Source: Octopus sinensis (Eukaryota). Taken from it: a stretch of DNA of 64,000 nucleotides. The position numbers and the translations under genes were made by a program. The notes under the pieces are model-generated. The model saw only the letters and a list, made by a program, of their open reading frames with translations, ran no database searches and was not told the origin of the DNA. Below, piece by piece: positions 27,946-41,103 of the stretch. The DNA lies in contig NC_043006.1 of assembly GCF_006345805.1 (NCBI RefSeq), positions 12,958,001 to 13,022,000 of the forward strand, given 5' to 3'. Position 1 is the first letter of the stretch. Every line of letters begins with the position of its first letter.

Positions 27946-29111
27946 AATTTTTTTTCGCGGATCTGAAGAGATGAAAATCTGTTTACTTCGGCAGGATTTC
28001 AGCTTTGCATAAACGCCTCTAAATCCTACATGAATATTTTACGTATCCTATTCAGATGAACGCACAAATAACTGCAATATTTTCCATCGTAATGAATAAT
28101 CTGCCATTCTGCAAAGCGTGCGATAAACAGGTTTAGAGCTCCAGATATTATGATTACGCTATTGTGTAAATGACAGCATCCCTATAGAAAACAAACTTAA
28201 CCCTTTAATGGCAGATATCATTAATTGATGTTTCAAATATCCAGTATTAATACGACGGTCATCAGTTGATGTAAGACTGTCTTCTTTGTCAAATTCAGCA
28301 AAGAGTAAGTGGCCCATATCAATGGGGCGAACAAATCGCAAAAGTTTCCTTTCTAAATTGACTTTATCATTAGATGAGGAAGTTGATGATCATGATCATG
28401 ATGGCCTAGATAGCACAGAAGAAAGCGAGGCCTCAACTAAGTCTGGATAAAAAAATTGCTACCATTTGTTTTTATTTTTACATTCATTTGCCAAGAACAA
28501 CGCGAAAATTTTTTATGAATTTATCCTTACGTTGGATATAATGGAAACGGAATATTTTACGGCAATTTTTCATTATTTATTTTTCACGTATTTGAAATGA
28601 AAATTGGCATTAAATTTACCCTAATGAAAAACGACACTTTACTTTTTGTGCCCGTTTGACATAAACATTCATTTAAATCTTACCCTTCGTATAACAATTG
28701 TAGGAGAAGCTATTGCTTGTTTGGCTTCGGGAAAAGACTTTAGATTTCTGCAAATAATTGGTCAAAAAGTTGTCTGACCTCGGGGTTCAGAATGTGTAAT
28801 GAATCATGCAGAGCAATATAACACTGATTGCTTTTGTAAACTCCTCGAGTTTTCGGCATATTTGATAATAAAATTCATTCTAGGCACTCACGCAGAGGAA
28901 TCATTAGCAACATATGAATCAAATACATACATTCAAGCATGCATACATACATTTACATACATATTCATGCATATGCATATATATGTAAATATATATATGT
29001 GTTTGTGTGTGTGTGTGTGGTGTGTGTGTGTGTGTGTATTCTGATGAAATATGGTACTTAAATTGAGGCACTACGGTATTATCCATACAATTTCAAAATA
29101 AGGCGATTAAA

Positions 29112-29271
29112 ATCAAAATAAGCAACAGGAATATCCAGAGATAATGCAGTACGATCGTTGCAAGCAACTCCTTTTAATTGAACAATGCGTTCATAGCATC
29201 ACATTCAGTGCATTGTTCAATTAAATGGAGTTGCTTGAAACGATCGTACTGCATTGCTATGTTGCTTATTT

Positions 29272-29275
<4 letters not shown>
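29112..29275. repeat. 164-bp hairpin: ~46-bp inner stem, 21-nt loop, 16-bp outer stem
   Basis: aatgcagtacgatcgtt..caagcaactcc..tttaattgaacaatgc versus its reverse complement at 29210-29255; atcaaaataagcaaca versus tgttgcttattttgat. Confidence 0.93.
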
Positions 29276-29313
<38 letters not shown>

Positions 29314-30450
29314 GTTTATGAGTCGGTGTTGCAAGTTTGGTGATGTAAAGTCGTGTGTTGAAACAGATATTGTTGTATTTCGGGATGGTGATTTTTCTTC
29401 TGTTTTCCTTCCAAATAAACTAGTGCGTGTGTTTATATGGCGAAAACTAAATGACCATCCAGAAATACAACAACATATTATATATACACACAGACACACA
29501 CACGCATATATATATATATTATATATTATATATATATATATTATATATATATATATAAAGATAGATAGATATATATGTATATATTTATATACATGTACAT
29601 ATATTCATGTATATGTATATATAATTACATATACACATATGTATGTATATATGTATGTATGTATGTATGTATGTTTGTGCATAACAGTTTACATTTGTCT
29701 TTGTCGCCATACGCATAATAATAGGCTAATCAATAATGTAGTTGAGATGAAAGCATAATAATTAGTACATTGAACTGCTAAAGCATATTAGCATATACAA
29801 TATACTATTGAACAAACGATAATAACCGAAAACTATGTACTGTGTATGCGTCTAAACCTTATATATATATATATGTGTGTATATACACACGTATACATAC
29901 ATGATGTGTGTGACCATGTGTGTGTGCGTGCCTGCGTGCGTGTGCGTGTGTGCATGTATGTATGGTATTTTACAACAACGAAAGGCAACTGTCTTGTTTT
30001 GGTTTTTCCTTTTTTAATGACCGTCAGAGTTTAATAAAGCACTGCATCACCCTTGCTTCGTTATGTAACAACGTGGAAATCGATATCTATACTTACAGCT
30101 ACACGTCCTCGTGTAGACTGATCGAATACACTTTAATCTATACAGCAGTGTAATTTTCATGCACCTTGTCTCCGAGAGAATGTAAGACAGTCAGTATTTC
30201 TATCAGTCTAAAAACCCACAAATGTCTGTTAGTTCAGTTTGTTTATACAGCAATATGAACACTTACACAAGTGATTCGGGAAAGTATAGAATTACATGCT
30301 TCATTGAAGTATCTTCAAAAAGAAAGCGACACGCATCTGGCACTATGGCCGTTCTACCGTGCTGGAGAATATATAATATTAGCCATCAACAAAATATTCA
30401 TTTTCTTTCAACGCATATGTTAATATGCTTTAGATGTTTAGTATTATCTC

Positions 30451-30496
<46 letters not shown>

Positions 30497-31344
30497 ATGT
30501 AAGAATTTATGTATAAAAGAAAGTGATAAAAACATATGTAAACAAATATTTCTTAAGGAGGAAAAGACTTAAGCAAGTGGATAACTTTAATTTTACACAT
30601 AAAAGCGAAGCACGCAAACTGTACGGGAGTTTCTGTCAATAGATTTCAATAGGTTGCTAACTTGGAAGATTTTACTTAGATGGGTTCCTCTGCTGGTGTT
30701 ATTGCCAAAGTTTGTCGTGTTTCATTGTATTTTTCATATATCTATGCATGTCTAAATATATATATACATACACAATTATATATGTATATATATATGTGTG
30801 TGTCAGTCTCTCAGTGTATATGTGTGTGTTTATTTACGTAGGTATTTGTTCCTAATGCTTCAATATTTTATCCAAAAGTTATGTCTTTCCTAACATACTT
30901 GATATGATTGATATTATACTTAATATTTTTTGGGATTAATTGATAAGTATCTTTAACAATCCTCACCTACCATACGTAACTTAAATTACTTTAATTATAT
31001 TTAGATACTGAAGTTCGGCGTTGTTTTAAACAAACTTTTACTTACATTGGTTCTTACTATGTATCTAACTTTTCCGCTTACAAATGAGAAAGCTTGTGGC
31101 TTAGCGGTTATTGTGATGGATCTATGATCATAAGATCATGGTGTCGATTCCTCATGCTGGCTGTGCCTTTTATCCTTAAGCAAAGAACTTAATTTAACGT
31201 TGCTCAAATGCATTCAACGGAAAATGAATTCGAGCCAACCACTCGTGAAACCTTGTTTCCCTCTAGCTGTCACATACACGAGGTTCTATGAATTTCCTAC
31301 GATTCAAGAACACAATGGTCATGGGATCGGCTATGTCCCCTCGT

Positions 31345-31640
31345 GGAGGCACATGGCCTAGTGGTTAGAGTAGCGGACTCGCGGTCAAAGGATCGCGGGT
31401 TCGAATCTCACACCGGGCGATGTGTGTGTGTTTATGAGCGAAACACCTAAGCTCCACGCGGCAGAAGGTAATGACGAACTTCTGCAGACTCTTTCGCCAC
31501 AACTTTCTCTCACTCTTTCCTCCTTCATCATGTAGCTCACCTGCGACAGACCGGCGACCCCTCCAGGTGGGGAACCTATACGCCAAGGAAACCGGGAAAC
31601 CAGCCCTTATGTATCAGGCATGGCTCGAGAAGGAAAAAAA
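31345..31640 (+). mobile_element. tRNA-derived SINE family C (OR2-like)
   Basis: A box tggcctagtgg, B box ggttcgaatc; TSD tatgtcc(c/a)ctcg; second copy at 50719. Confidence 0.88.
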
Positions 31641-32468
31641 TATGTCCACTCGAGATTATAAAGGCACCAAAAACAATTAGCGAAATCCTGGTACAAGCTA
31701 CTAAGTGATACTCGCTTGCATTTGACCACTAAGTTTGTATCATGCCTTCACAGCTGTACATCTTTTGCCCCACTCAATTTTTTATTTCCATATTATCTCC
31801 TTCCTTTCGCATATTTATTTCCTTATATACAATAAAATAAAACCACATAATCCATGTTCTTGCATCATAAGATTAGACTTCTATAGTTCGCTATTCCCAA
31901 ATCTATGAAGCTATACCAGATTACGTCTGATTCCTACGTAAATTTACTTCTTTCACTTCAACTTCCTCTTAATAAATTTTAGTTTAACGTATACATTTAT
32001 ATATTTGTTCAAACTTCTACTTCATCACACATTATAAAATACTGAGCTAATCAGACTTCCTATTATTATTAAAGCGCTTATACCCCAACAACATTAGTTC
32101 TTCTTCAATGATTAACATAATCTATTTTTTACTTCTTATCGATCTCTCTTTTTTTCTAATTAATTCCCATCAGACTTCACTAATATTACAGTATTTCTAT
32201 GAACTGTAGTGCTTCATTTGTAAGCGAATAACTTCCTATCTGTAGATAATGTTTTAAATATTACTAAGATCACTTTGATAACTTTGAAGAAGACGCACTG
32301 TTTTGTTCCTGTCTTCGTAGAAAATGAAAACTACAGAATATTAAGTTTGTGCGTTCAATAAACTCTATCCATAAAGGTGTGCGTAGTTATATTTAACATG
32401 TTCGTGCTCACTCTATTGTGGAAAAGTCTTTGTTATTAAATTATCTCCGGAGAGAAATTCTCTTGACA

Positions 32469-32509
32469 GTAAGACACGTGTTTCTGCATCTTTAGGTTTC
32501 ATCAGTTAC
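32469..32509 (-). ncRNA. Minimal hammerhead-like motif with canonical CUGAUGA core and decayed stem II
   Basis: Reverse complement reads gtaa CTGATGA aacctaaagatgca GAAA cacgtgt C ttac: stem I gtaa/ttac, palindromic stem III acacgtgt, GUC triplet. Confidence 0.45.
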
Positions 32510-32809
32510 AATACGATACCGTTATTCATAACCCAGGGATCTACTTTTTACATATTGTCTATAGGGCGTATCTATCTCTCGGTACAATTTCCGCAGTAAA
32601 GCTATTTCTGCGTTAGAATGTACACGAACGTGTTAATTATAATTGTACACAAGCATATTTCAACAATCAACGCGAGATTGTGCGCCTTTAATTAATTAAA
32701 GCTAGCTGAATAAATGTAAGATAACATCAGCAAATTTAAATAGCAGATAGCAGTTTAAATGTAAGGACGTTAGTTCTTAGTAGACTATGAGCGACAGATT
32801 CGGTGCCCG

Positions 32810-32848
32810 CTACTGATGGAGCGTAAGAACACTGAAACACGTGTCTTA
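32810..32848 (+). ncRNA. Degenerate hammerhead-like motif (A9G), inverted relative to 32469-32509
   Basis: CTGATGG agcgt-aaga-acact GAAA cacgtgt C; shares a 15-bp inverted repeat (taagacacgtgtttc / gaaacacgtgtctta) with the minus-strand motif. Confidence 0.35.
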
Positions 32849-32878
32849 TGGTCCGATAACTCTATTTATAATCGGAAT

Positions 32879-33260
32879 GGAGGCGCAATGGCCCAGTGGT
32901 TAGGGCAGCGGACTCGCGGTCATAGGATCGTGGTTTCGATTCCCAGACCGGGCGTTGTGAGTGTTTATTGAGCGAAAACACCTAACGCTCCACGAGTCTC
33001 CGGCAGGGATGGTGGTGATCCCTGCTGTACTCTTTCACCACAACTTTCTCTCACTCTTACTTCCTGTTTCTGTTGTACCTGTATTTCAAAGGGCCGGCTT
33101 TGTCACTCTCTGTGTCACGCTGAATATCCCCGAGAACTACGTTAAGGGTGCACGTGTCTGTGGAGTGCTCAGCCACTTACACGTTAATTTCACGAGCAGG
33201 CTGTTCCGTTGATTCGGATCAACCGGAACCCTCGTCGTCGTAACCGGCGGAGTGCTTCCA
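32879..33260 (+). mobile_element. tRNA-derived SINE family B (OR1-like), full length
   Basis: A box tggcccagtgg, B box ggtttcgattccc; near-identical copy at 57191-57573. Confidence 0.92.
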
Positions 33261-33815
33261 TTGTAATCGGATTACGTGTTTTTTCAAATATAGTTGACAT
33301 TAAAAAGATACTGTCTCCAGAGATAGTATCGGTCGCGAACGTAGAACTACTTTCGAGTGTACAGAAACGAAAATATATTTATACACAGCTATATATATCC
33401 ATCAACGCTGCTCAGTTCGCGTCTAGTTAGGTAAATTCTATCTCATGAATACGCTTTCATTTGTTACTGTCACAGGCTTTGACACGTTATCGATTGAACT
33501 TCTAAACTCTCAGCTTACTATTACCTCAGCCATAATATTTATACTTATAATCAACGTCACAGCTTTCATTTCATTTCCATTTCACTAAGTACTTTGAGTT
33601 GGTGTGCGTGCATTTGAACATATGTGTGTGTGCGCACGTGGGGAGGATAAGTGTATGTCTGTAACTATGTATATATAGGTGATTGTGTCTATGTATATAT
33701 GTAAAAATACTGGTGTGAGAGAGAACGAAAGATTCAAACAAACGTATCACAATAATATAAACAATAAAATTATTTTTACATATTTTCGTAATATTGTTCT
33801 ATATATATATATATA

Positions 33816-33976
33816 GAACAGGAGTGGCTGTGTGGTAAGTAGCTTGCTTACCAACCACATGGCTCCGGGTTCGGTCCCACTGCGTGGCATCTTGGGCAAG
33901 TGTCTTCTGCTATAGCCTCGGGCCGACCAATGCCTTGTGAGTGGATTTGGTAGACGGAAACTGAAAGAAGCCTGTC

Positions 33977-34037
<61 letters not shown>

Positions 34038-34256
34038 CATGTGTGTGTATATGTTTGTCCCTCTAGCATTGCTTGACAACCGATGCTGGTGTGTTTACGT
34101 CCCCGTCACTTAGCGGTTCGTGAAAAGAGACCGATAGAATAAGTACTGGGCTTACAAAGAATAAGTCCCGGGGTCGATTTACTCGACTAAAGACGGTGCT
34201 CCAGCATGGCCGCAGTCAAATGACTGAAACAAGTAAAAGAGTAAAAGAGTAAAAGA

Positions 34257-34259
<3 letters not shown>
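33816..34259 (+). mobile_element. tRNA-derived SINE family D (OK-like) with internal (TA)n/(TG)n
   Basis: Head ggagtggctgtgtggtaagtagc...; tail (gtaaaaga)n; further copies at 41912, 46258 and 49885. Confidence 0.92.
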
Positions 34260-34308
<49 letters not shown>

Positions 34309-34546
34309 GAGGGTAAGTCAAACATTATGCGCAGTTTCGCCGTAACATATCTTAATTATTGTGACACTGCGTTCAACGCATGCGTGCTTTAGTTGGTAAT
34401 ATTGTGGCCAAGTGAATCAAAAAGGAAGGAGACTATATAGAAAAATGACGCACTCGTTTATTCCCTGTTTATCCCATGTTTTTGCGTAAATACATTAAGG
34501 CAACAAGAGTGTGAATAATTTTTTACTCTACTTCATGTATGAACAA

Positions 34547-34577
<31 letters not shown>

Positions 34578-34654
34578 CGTCATCTTACATTTATATATAA
34601 ATATATAGTATGTGTATATATATATATATGTGTGTGTGTGTACATATTAACTTA

Positions 34655-34876
34655 ATATATATATGTGTCTGTGTTTGTCCCCCTAGCATTGCTTGACAAT
34701 CGATGCTGGTGTGTTTATGTCCCTGTTACTTAGCGGTTCGGCAAAAGAGACCGATAGAATAAGTACTGGGCTTACAAAAGAATAATTCCTGGGGTCGAGT
34801 TGCTCGATTAAAGGCGGTGCTCCAGCATGGCCGCAGTCAAATGACTGAAACTAGTAAATGAGTAAATAAGAGAAAT
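34655..34876 (+). mobile_element. 5'-truncated family D SINE (3' half)
   Basis: tgtttgtccccctagcattgcttgacaa...gcagtcaaatgactgaaac. Confidence 0.88.
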
Positions 34877-35037
34877 GAGTATATATATATATATATAATA
34901 TATATATATATATATACACACATATATATATACATACATATATACACACATATATGTGTATATCCATATACATATATATATATACAGTAGTACCTCGGTT
35001 TTCGAACAACTCCGATCACGAATAAATCGTGCTTTAT

Positions 35038-35110
<73 letters not shown>

Positions 35111-37769
35111 GCGGGGTGTATAGTAAATAGAAATTACATTTTCTTTCCTTGGTCGTAAATTGTCGGATTTATCTAAGAGAAGGAGGTCGATTAAAACGAC
35201 TGCGTTACGTATGCTCGGTGTTTACATTATCGACACCAGATGCTTGAAACATAAAATTGATCCAATTGGAATTCGAACACATGCACCGGGTGTAAATAAG
35301 GCAATATATTAAATCTACCTGCTCCTCTGTTCCTACAGTTTCACTGCCTTAAACACGCTGAAGTGAAAAATAATTTTAAAAATTTCAAAGTAAAACAAAT
35401 TATTCGGGAAGCCTAAAATTGCATCAGATTTACGTACAGATTTTTTTCTTTTTACCCTTCTTCCGAATTATTTAAATTCATTCAACTAAAATGAATGTAA
35501 AACAGACTAATTTTATTGTTCAGATTCGCTAATATGTTTAAGATGAGATTACAGCCAGATGTATTCGTAATTGAATTATCTACAAAGGGTTACATTTATT
35601 TCAGCATTCAATCTTTCTGGAACAATGATTCATTATTCGCATTGGATGAGGACGCTGAAAAAAAAAGATAACTGGATGTGTAGGTTTTTTAGGGGAGATT
35701 TTATTGTTTTATTTCTTTTCTACATCCCAGAGAAAGGGTCAATAAATTGTTACTGAAATGTAACAGTTTATTGACTTAAACCTTGTGGCAGGAAATAAAT
35801 CATACGCTTTTCACGCCATTCTTTGGAATACGTTCTTTTCTACAATGCAAGCCTGGAATGATTTACTTTCCCTGTTGGTCAATAGATGCTCGGTGTTATT
35901 TACATAAAAGGCATTGTTGAAAGTCGCATGACAGTCGTGTGTTTGGCCGATATCGGAGCAACTTAAACAAATCGATAATTAACTTAGCCAAGCGAGTTAA
36001 AAACGAAAGATGAAATTTCGAAAGAAACTGATTTTATTCAAAATATATTGAATAAATCTACTTATAATTGAATTTAGATAACAGATTTATTTATCCTCAC
36101 TTCTAATGGTAAATGTATTTAAATATATTTATTTAGAGGTATATCTGCGCATGTGCACAGTATTCTGTTATTTGATGTTCTGATTACAGTATTATCGATC
36201 GGGTTACTATTGCTATTACTTACTCTGAAATGAATCTAGTATTGATGAAACTTAAATATTTAAAGTCTTATTGCGTTGGAGATTCTTAGAAAGTAAAGAG
36301 AAAATATAAAATAACGAAGCAATAAACCTATATAATTAATGTTGTATTGATATATTGTGAACATCCAATACTAAGCAACGTTATTTGACACTCAGAAATA
36401 TTCGTTACATGTTTCACTGAATATGGGAATTAAAAAAAAGGAAAAAGCTGAAGCGACTAAATAGAAAGGCGTTGACCAATTAATCAATGCTTCTGAACAT
36501 GGTGATGTTGTGTCACGCTAGGTTAAACAGAAATTAAAACTACAAATTGAGTGATTTTTTTTTCTTCTTTTTAACCTAAGATGAAATCATTGCAGAAGAC
36601 AGAATGCTTTATTGCCTAACTTGATTCAAACTGGATTAATGGTTAACTTAGTATTCTAGAAGAAAACAAAAAGTTGTCTATATGTAGAGCTATAAAAGCT
36701 AATTTATTTTCGGCCTATTAACCTTAAGCTTGAAAATACTGAAAATATTAGGACAAAGACAGATATGGCACGACCTACATCATGAGCTATAGTGTAGCGT
36801 GCACACAAAACAAACACAAACACACACACACACACACATATAGAAGTACTCACGCATATAATGTCTTGCAAATGCATACATCACTCACAGTACACAGGCC
36901 ACACGGAGATCTATACATATTGAATATCTGTTAAGATTTCATCGACAGTTCATTCTGTCATACGGTGCGCTGTGTTCGTATAATTAAAGTTAAAAGCTGA
37001 AATCTACATAAGCCATCGGTGATTAGATTTATTTATAATTCTACTGCATATCGTTCTCATGTTTGCAGTAAGCATATAATTAAAAGTGTATTTTGCGTTA
37101 TATTTAATGGTAGGGCTTGTAGAATATATTTGTGTCCACGGTCTAAACGGACCTCAGCGAGCAGTAAAACTGTCGCAGTTACTCCTCTTGAACAGCCACA
37201 GGCTGGCGGCTGACACATGTAGAACCTGTCTTTTTTAAAACAATTCACTCGATGAAAGCAGAACTGCGAGAATCCAAACTATAACGTATCTATTCATTCT
37301 TAATATATTCTGGCAGATTCCAATGTAAATTCTTGCTGCGAACTCCACATACCTTTAGACGATATGTGTTCGTAATATTGTTGTAAGTGGACGTTAAGAC
37401 ACTGTAATATTTCTGCATAATTGGGTATCTTCTCACACAAAACTGGGTGATGTCTCAAAATCTCGTTACACTAGTGAATTGTGTGTGTAAACAAAGCATA
37501 TTAGCTGAAGGGAGAAACAAAATTCTCGATGACGAGAAACAAAATTGATCAGATATTCACGACCGAATTTACCGGAACCTATTCAGAAAATGTGGAAGCG
37601 ATATTCTCTGCGTATTTTGTTTTTAATTCTCAAATAAATATTATTGTCTTCAATAACATACGTACTCGTTTTTTGAAAAAAAACACGATTATCAGGCATT
37701 ATTTATTACAAAGAAGGTTCCTATATATCGTCTTGTAATATCTAAATCTTAAAATTATTAGCATATTCG

Positions 37770-37970
37770 TAGCACGAAGCTTTGTCAGTGAACAGGTCGC
37801 GGTCTTAAAGCGACGAAAATATTTTGACAAATTAAATTTAAATGATGAAGTGAATCGAACGGTTTTTGTGTGTTTCTTAAATGGCTTATAAACACATTCC
37901 ACGCTTTAAATTGTTTTCGATCCAGCACACGATCTCAGATCAAGTCGCTCGCTATGCAAGTACATCTATA
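37770..37970 (+). mobile_element. Dispersed ~190-bp repeat carrying a hammerhead-like motif (copy 1)
   Basis: Aligns with 60068-60255. Confidence 0.85.
37781..37831 (+). ncRNA. Minimal type-I hammerhead-like motif, G3:C8 core variant
   Basis: 7-bp stem I tttgtca/tgacaaa; core GUGAACA plus one extra G; stem II gtcgc/gcgac; GAAA; palindromic stem III aatatt; UUU triplet with predicted cut 3' of 37824. Confidence 0.5.
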
Positions 37971-38590
37971 TTAAAATATTAAAAAAAGAATCACAACAAA
38001 TAATTATGAAAGGCTCTCATGTCAATGATGCCAATTCATAAAACGATTTACAAGGACTTGAACTCTAACATAAAATTGCTATTCAATGGACAATAATATT
38101 AAACTAGTTATTCGGAAATGTCAACCAGATACACAAGGACGTGCGAAACCTTTGACTTTAAAGCCTGGAGCTAGTAGTTATATTAAATGCACCGCAAGCA
38201 CTAAAATTATATGTAGTGCTCAAGTGAAATGATTGGTAGCAAATATCTAATGCGGCTTTTAAAAGGATTACATTACACGAAGAATGGAATTACAATCCGA
38301 ATCAGGAATTACATAGATTTCGAATAAATTGTGCTGAGAGTAAATTTGTAATACGGTAATTTTCGTGGTGTTTGCTAAGTAAATGTCTTAGAGAAGGCTT
38401 TTGTGTTAATCAGATCAAAGCAAACTGTCCGAAATTATATAGTCCAGTCAACTTATTTAGTGGAATTAAATGGATTCTTACATGAATGCAGATTAACGAT
38501 TTTTAAAACTCGATTCAAATGACAAGAGAGCAAATTTCATTGAAATAAATAAATAAAAAATTGTTAAATGTGATTGCCACTTGTATGAAC

Positions 38591-38658
<68 letters not shown>

Positions 38659-38822
38659 TTGTTTGTATGCATATGTAGATACACGTACATATGTATATTA
38701 TGTTATAAACGCGTATACTGTATGCGTGTGTGAATATAAATATATACATATTTGTGTGTAATTATCTATCTATCTATCTCGCTCTCCCTCTCTCCCTCTC
38801 TCTCTCTTTCTCTCTCTCGCCC

Positions 38823-38863
<41 letters not shown>

Positions 38864-39031
38864 ATGTAATAGAGTAGTAACATTGTTAAGAGATTTTGAT
38901 TATTAATAGTCAATTTAAGGTTGAAATGGACTTTACATACACACGCATACACGCATACACACACGCACACACACACACACACTCACATGCACACATACGT
39001 ATACAGACACACACACACAGATACATAAATC

Positions 39032-39110
<79 letters not shown>

Positions 39111-39143
39111 CTTGTATACAACAATGTATGCATTTATATAATA

Positions 39144-39779
39144 CTAGCAGTATCGCCCGGCGTTGCTCGGGTTTGTAAGGGAAATAACTATATAAGCATT
39201 TTTAGAGAGTTATAGCAAAAAAATAGCAAAAAATGCATTAAAAATGGAAAAAATATGATGGTAAATTTTTTTTTAAATCGTTAACTCATCGTAGACATTT
39301 TTAGAGAGTTACTTCCCTTATATAATAGCGAAAAAATGCATTAAAATGGAAAAAAACGATGGTAAATATTTTTTTAAATCGTAGATTCATGTAGACGCTT
39401 TCTTAGCCATTTCTGTTTTGGTGTCTTCAAGCCATGAAGTCGTTGTTCTAAAAGAACACTGGTCTCCTTGACAACGCATTACGACGTTGATTTCCTTACA
39501 CTCCCTTCCCCACAGGTGCAGGTGTGAGCGTGGACGCCAACTCCGCCGCCATCGACACACGAAAAATTATGCATTAAAATGGAATAAAAAATGATGTTAA
39601 ATTATTTTTAAAATCGTAGACTCATCGTAGACGCGCGCTAATATTCAGACGGGCTTGATATGAATCACGACTATAAGCTACCCGAATTTGGTTAAACTGC
39701 ACCGCAAAATGTGGGAGTAGTTAGGAATCTAAATCGAAGGGGACAGACACTCACACAACTACAGTTTTATATATATAGA
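39144..39779 (-). mobile_element. Non-autonomous Helitron with canonical termini
   Basis: The minus strand reads A|TCtatatatataaaa...cgagcaacgccgggcgatactgCTAG|T: TC/CTAG ends, AT target site and subterminal GC-rich motif. Confidence 0.88.
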
Positions 39780-39824
39780 TATACATAGCGCAGTAGTGGT
39801 GAGATGTGACAGCAAAGAAAAGCA

Positions 39825-40175
39825 TACATTCACTCTCTGCATGCAATTAGACTCGGAAAGTTCGTGAGGAACCCATTGACCCAATTTGCTGACTTTTCCG
39901 ATAGCACACAGGTCTCAATGAATGGTTGAATGACCAATCCAAGCTTCTCTGCTAGTTCCTCAACAGTTACGATGAGATTTTGTTCCACCAGGGTTTTCAG
40001 GATGTCCTTGTCGAGTTCTACAGATCTTTCAGGATGAGGCTCGTCTTCTAGGCTGTAGTTTATGGCTCGGGATTTCTGGAACCACCATTGACACTGCCTT
40101 ACGCTTATTGTCCAATCCCCATATACTGCATCAATATTTCTTGTACTTTGCACACATTTATATTCTGTTATTCTT
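39825..40175 (-). mobile_element. Mariner transposase remnant (N-terminal HTH)
   Basis: STRNIDAVYGDWTISVRQCQWWFQKSRAINYSLEDEPHPERSVELDKDILKTLVEQNLIVTVEELAEKLG, then (frameshifted) GKVSKLGQWVPHELSES. Confidence 0.88.
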
Positions 40176-40468
40176 TTATATGTTTCAGCCTTGAGGTTGT
40201 GGCCATGCTGGGTCATGTGTGTGTGTGTGTGTCTATCTGTCTGTCTGTCTGTATGTATATATGTATATGTATGTGTGTGAACAATAATATTTTCAACAGA
40301 TGTGTTGCAAATGTATCTGATTGTTCTCAAGCTTCAATACTGTGTGTGTGTGTATGTGCGTGTGTGTATGTGTGTGTGTGTATGTATGTATGTATATGTA
40401 TGTATATGTATGTATGTATGTATGTATGTGTGTATGTATGTATGTGTGTGTATGTATGTGTGTGTGTA

Positions 40469-40503
<35 letters not shown>

Positions 40504-41103
40504 ATGTATGTATGTATGTATGTATGTATGAGTGTATGTTTACTTTATTACTAACACAAGCCACTACGGTTATTTAATGAAAGTCTTCCTCAAATCACTC
40601 TCTCTCTCGCTATTTTCACTCACTCTTAGCTCTTAGCTTCCCATACATTTTACTCATGTATCTATCAGCGTCATAGACAGAATACTTTCAGTTTAGTCTT
40701 CCTCAAATCACTCTGTCGCTATTTACTTTCATTTTATTCGTTGCCCACTGTGTGTGTGTGTTTGCGTGTGGTGTAAACCAGACTAAGAAAAGCATTTGAC
40801 ACACACACCAGAATGTGAGTTTTCTGTAAATTTTGCTTAATTGGAGTTTAAATTTTAAAAACTGGACCTGGCATGACGCGATGCATTGTACTCTTAAAAA
40901 TGCTAGGTAAATTGTAATTGAAGAAATCCTATATTGTAGATTTGTATAACTCCCAAAGGGAGGTAGATAAAATCTGCCTTTTATAATAAGAGATATAAAT
41001 GCATATTTGAGTAAATATAAATGCATATGTACGTATTATATACGTACGTGTGCACATTTGCATAATTGTACGTATATACAACTATACAAATAATTGTACA
41101 ACA

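Noticed and set aside
30267-30361. Resemblance of AIVPDACRFL to the APP copper-binding LLVPDKCKFL
   Set aside because: The downstream conserved His/Trp/Cys residues are absent; likely coincidence.
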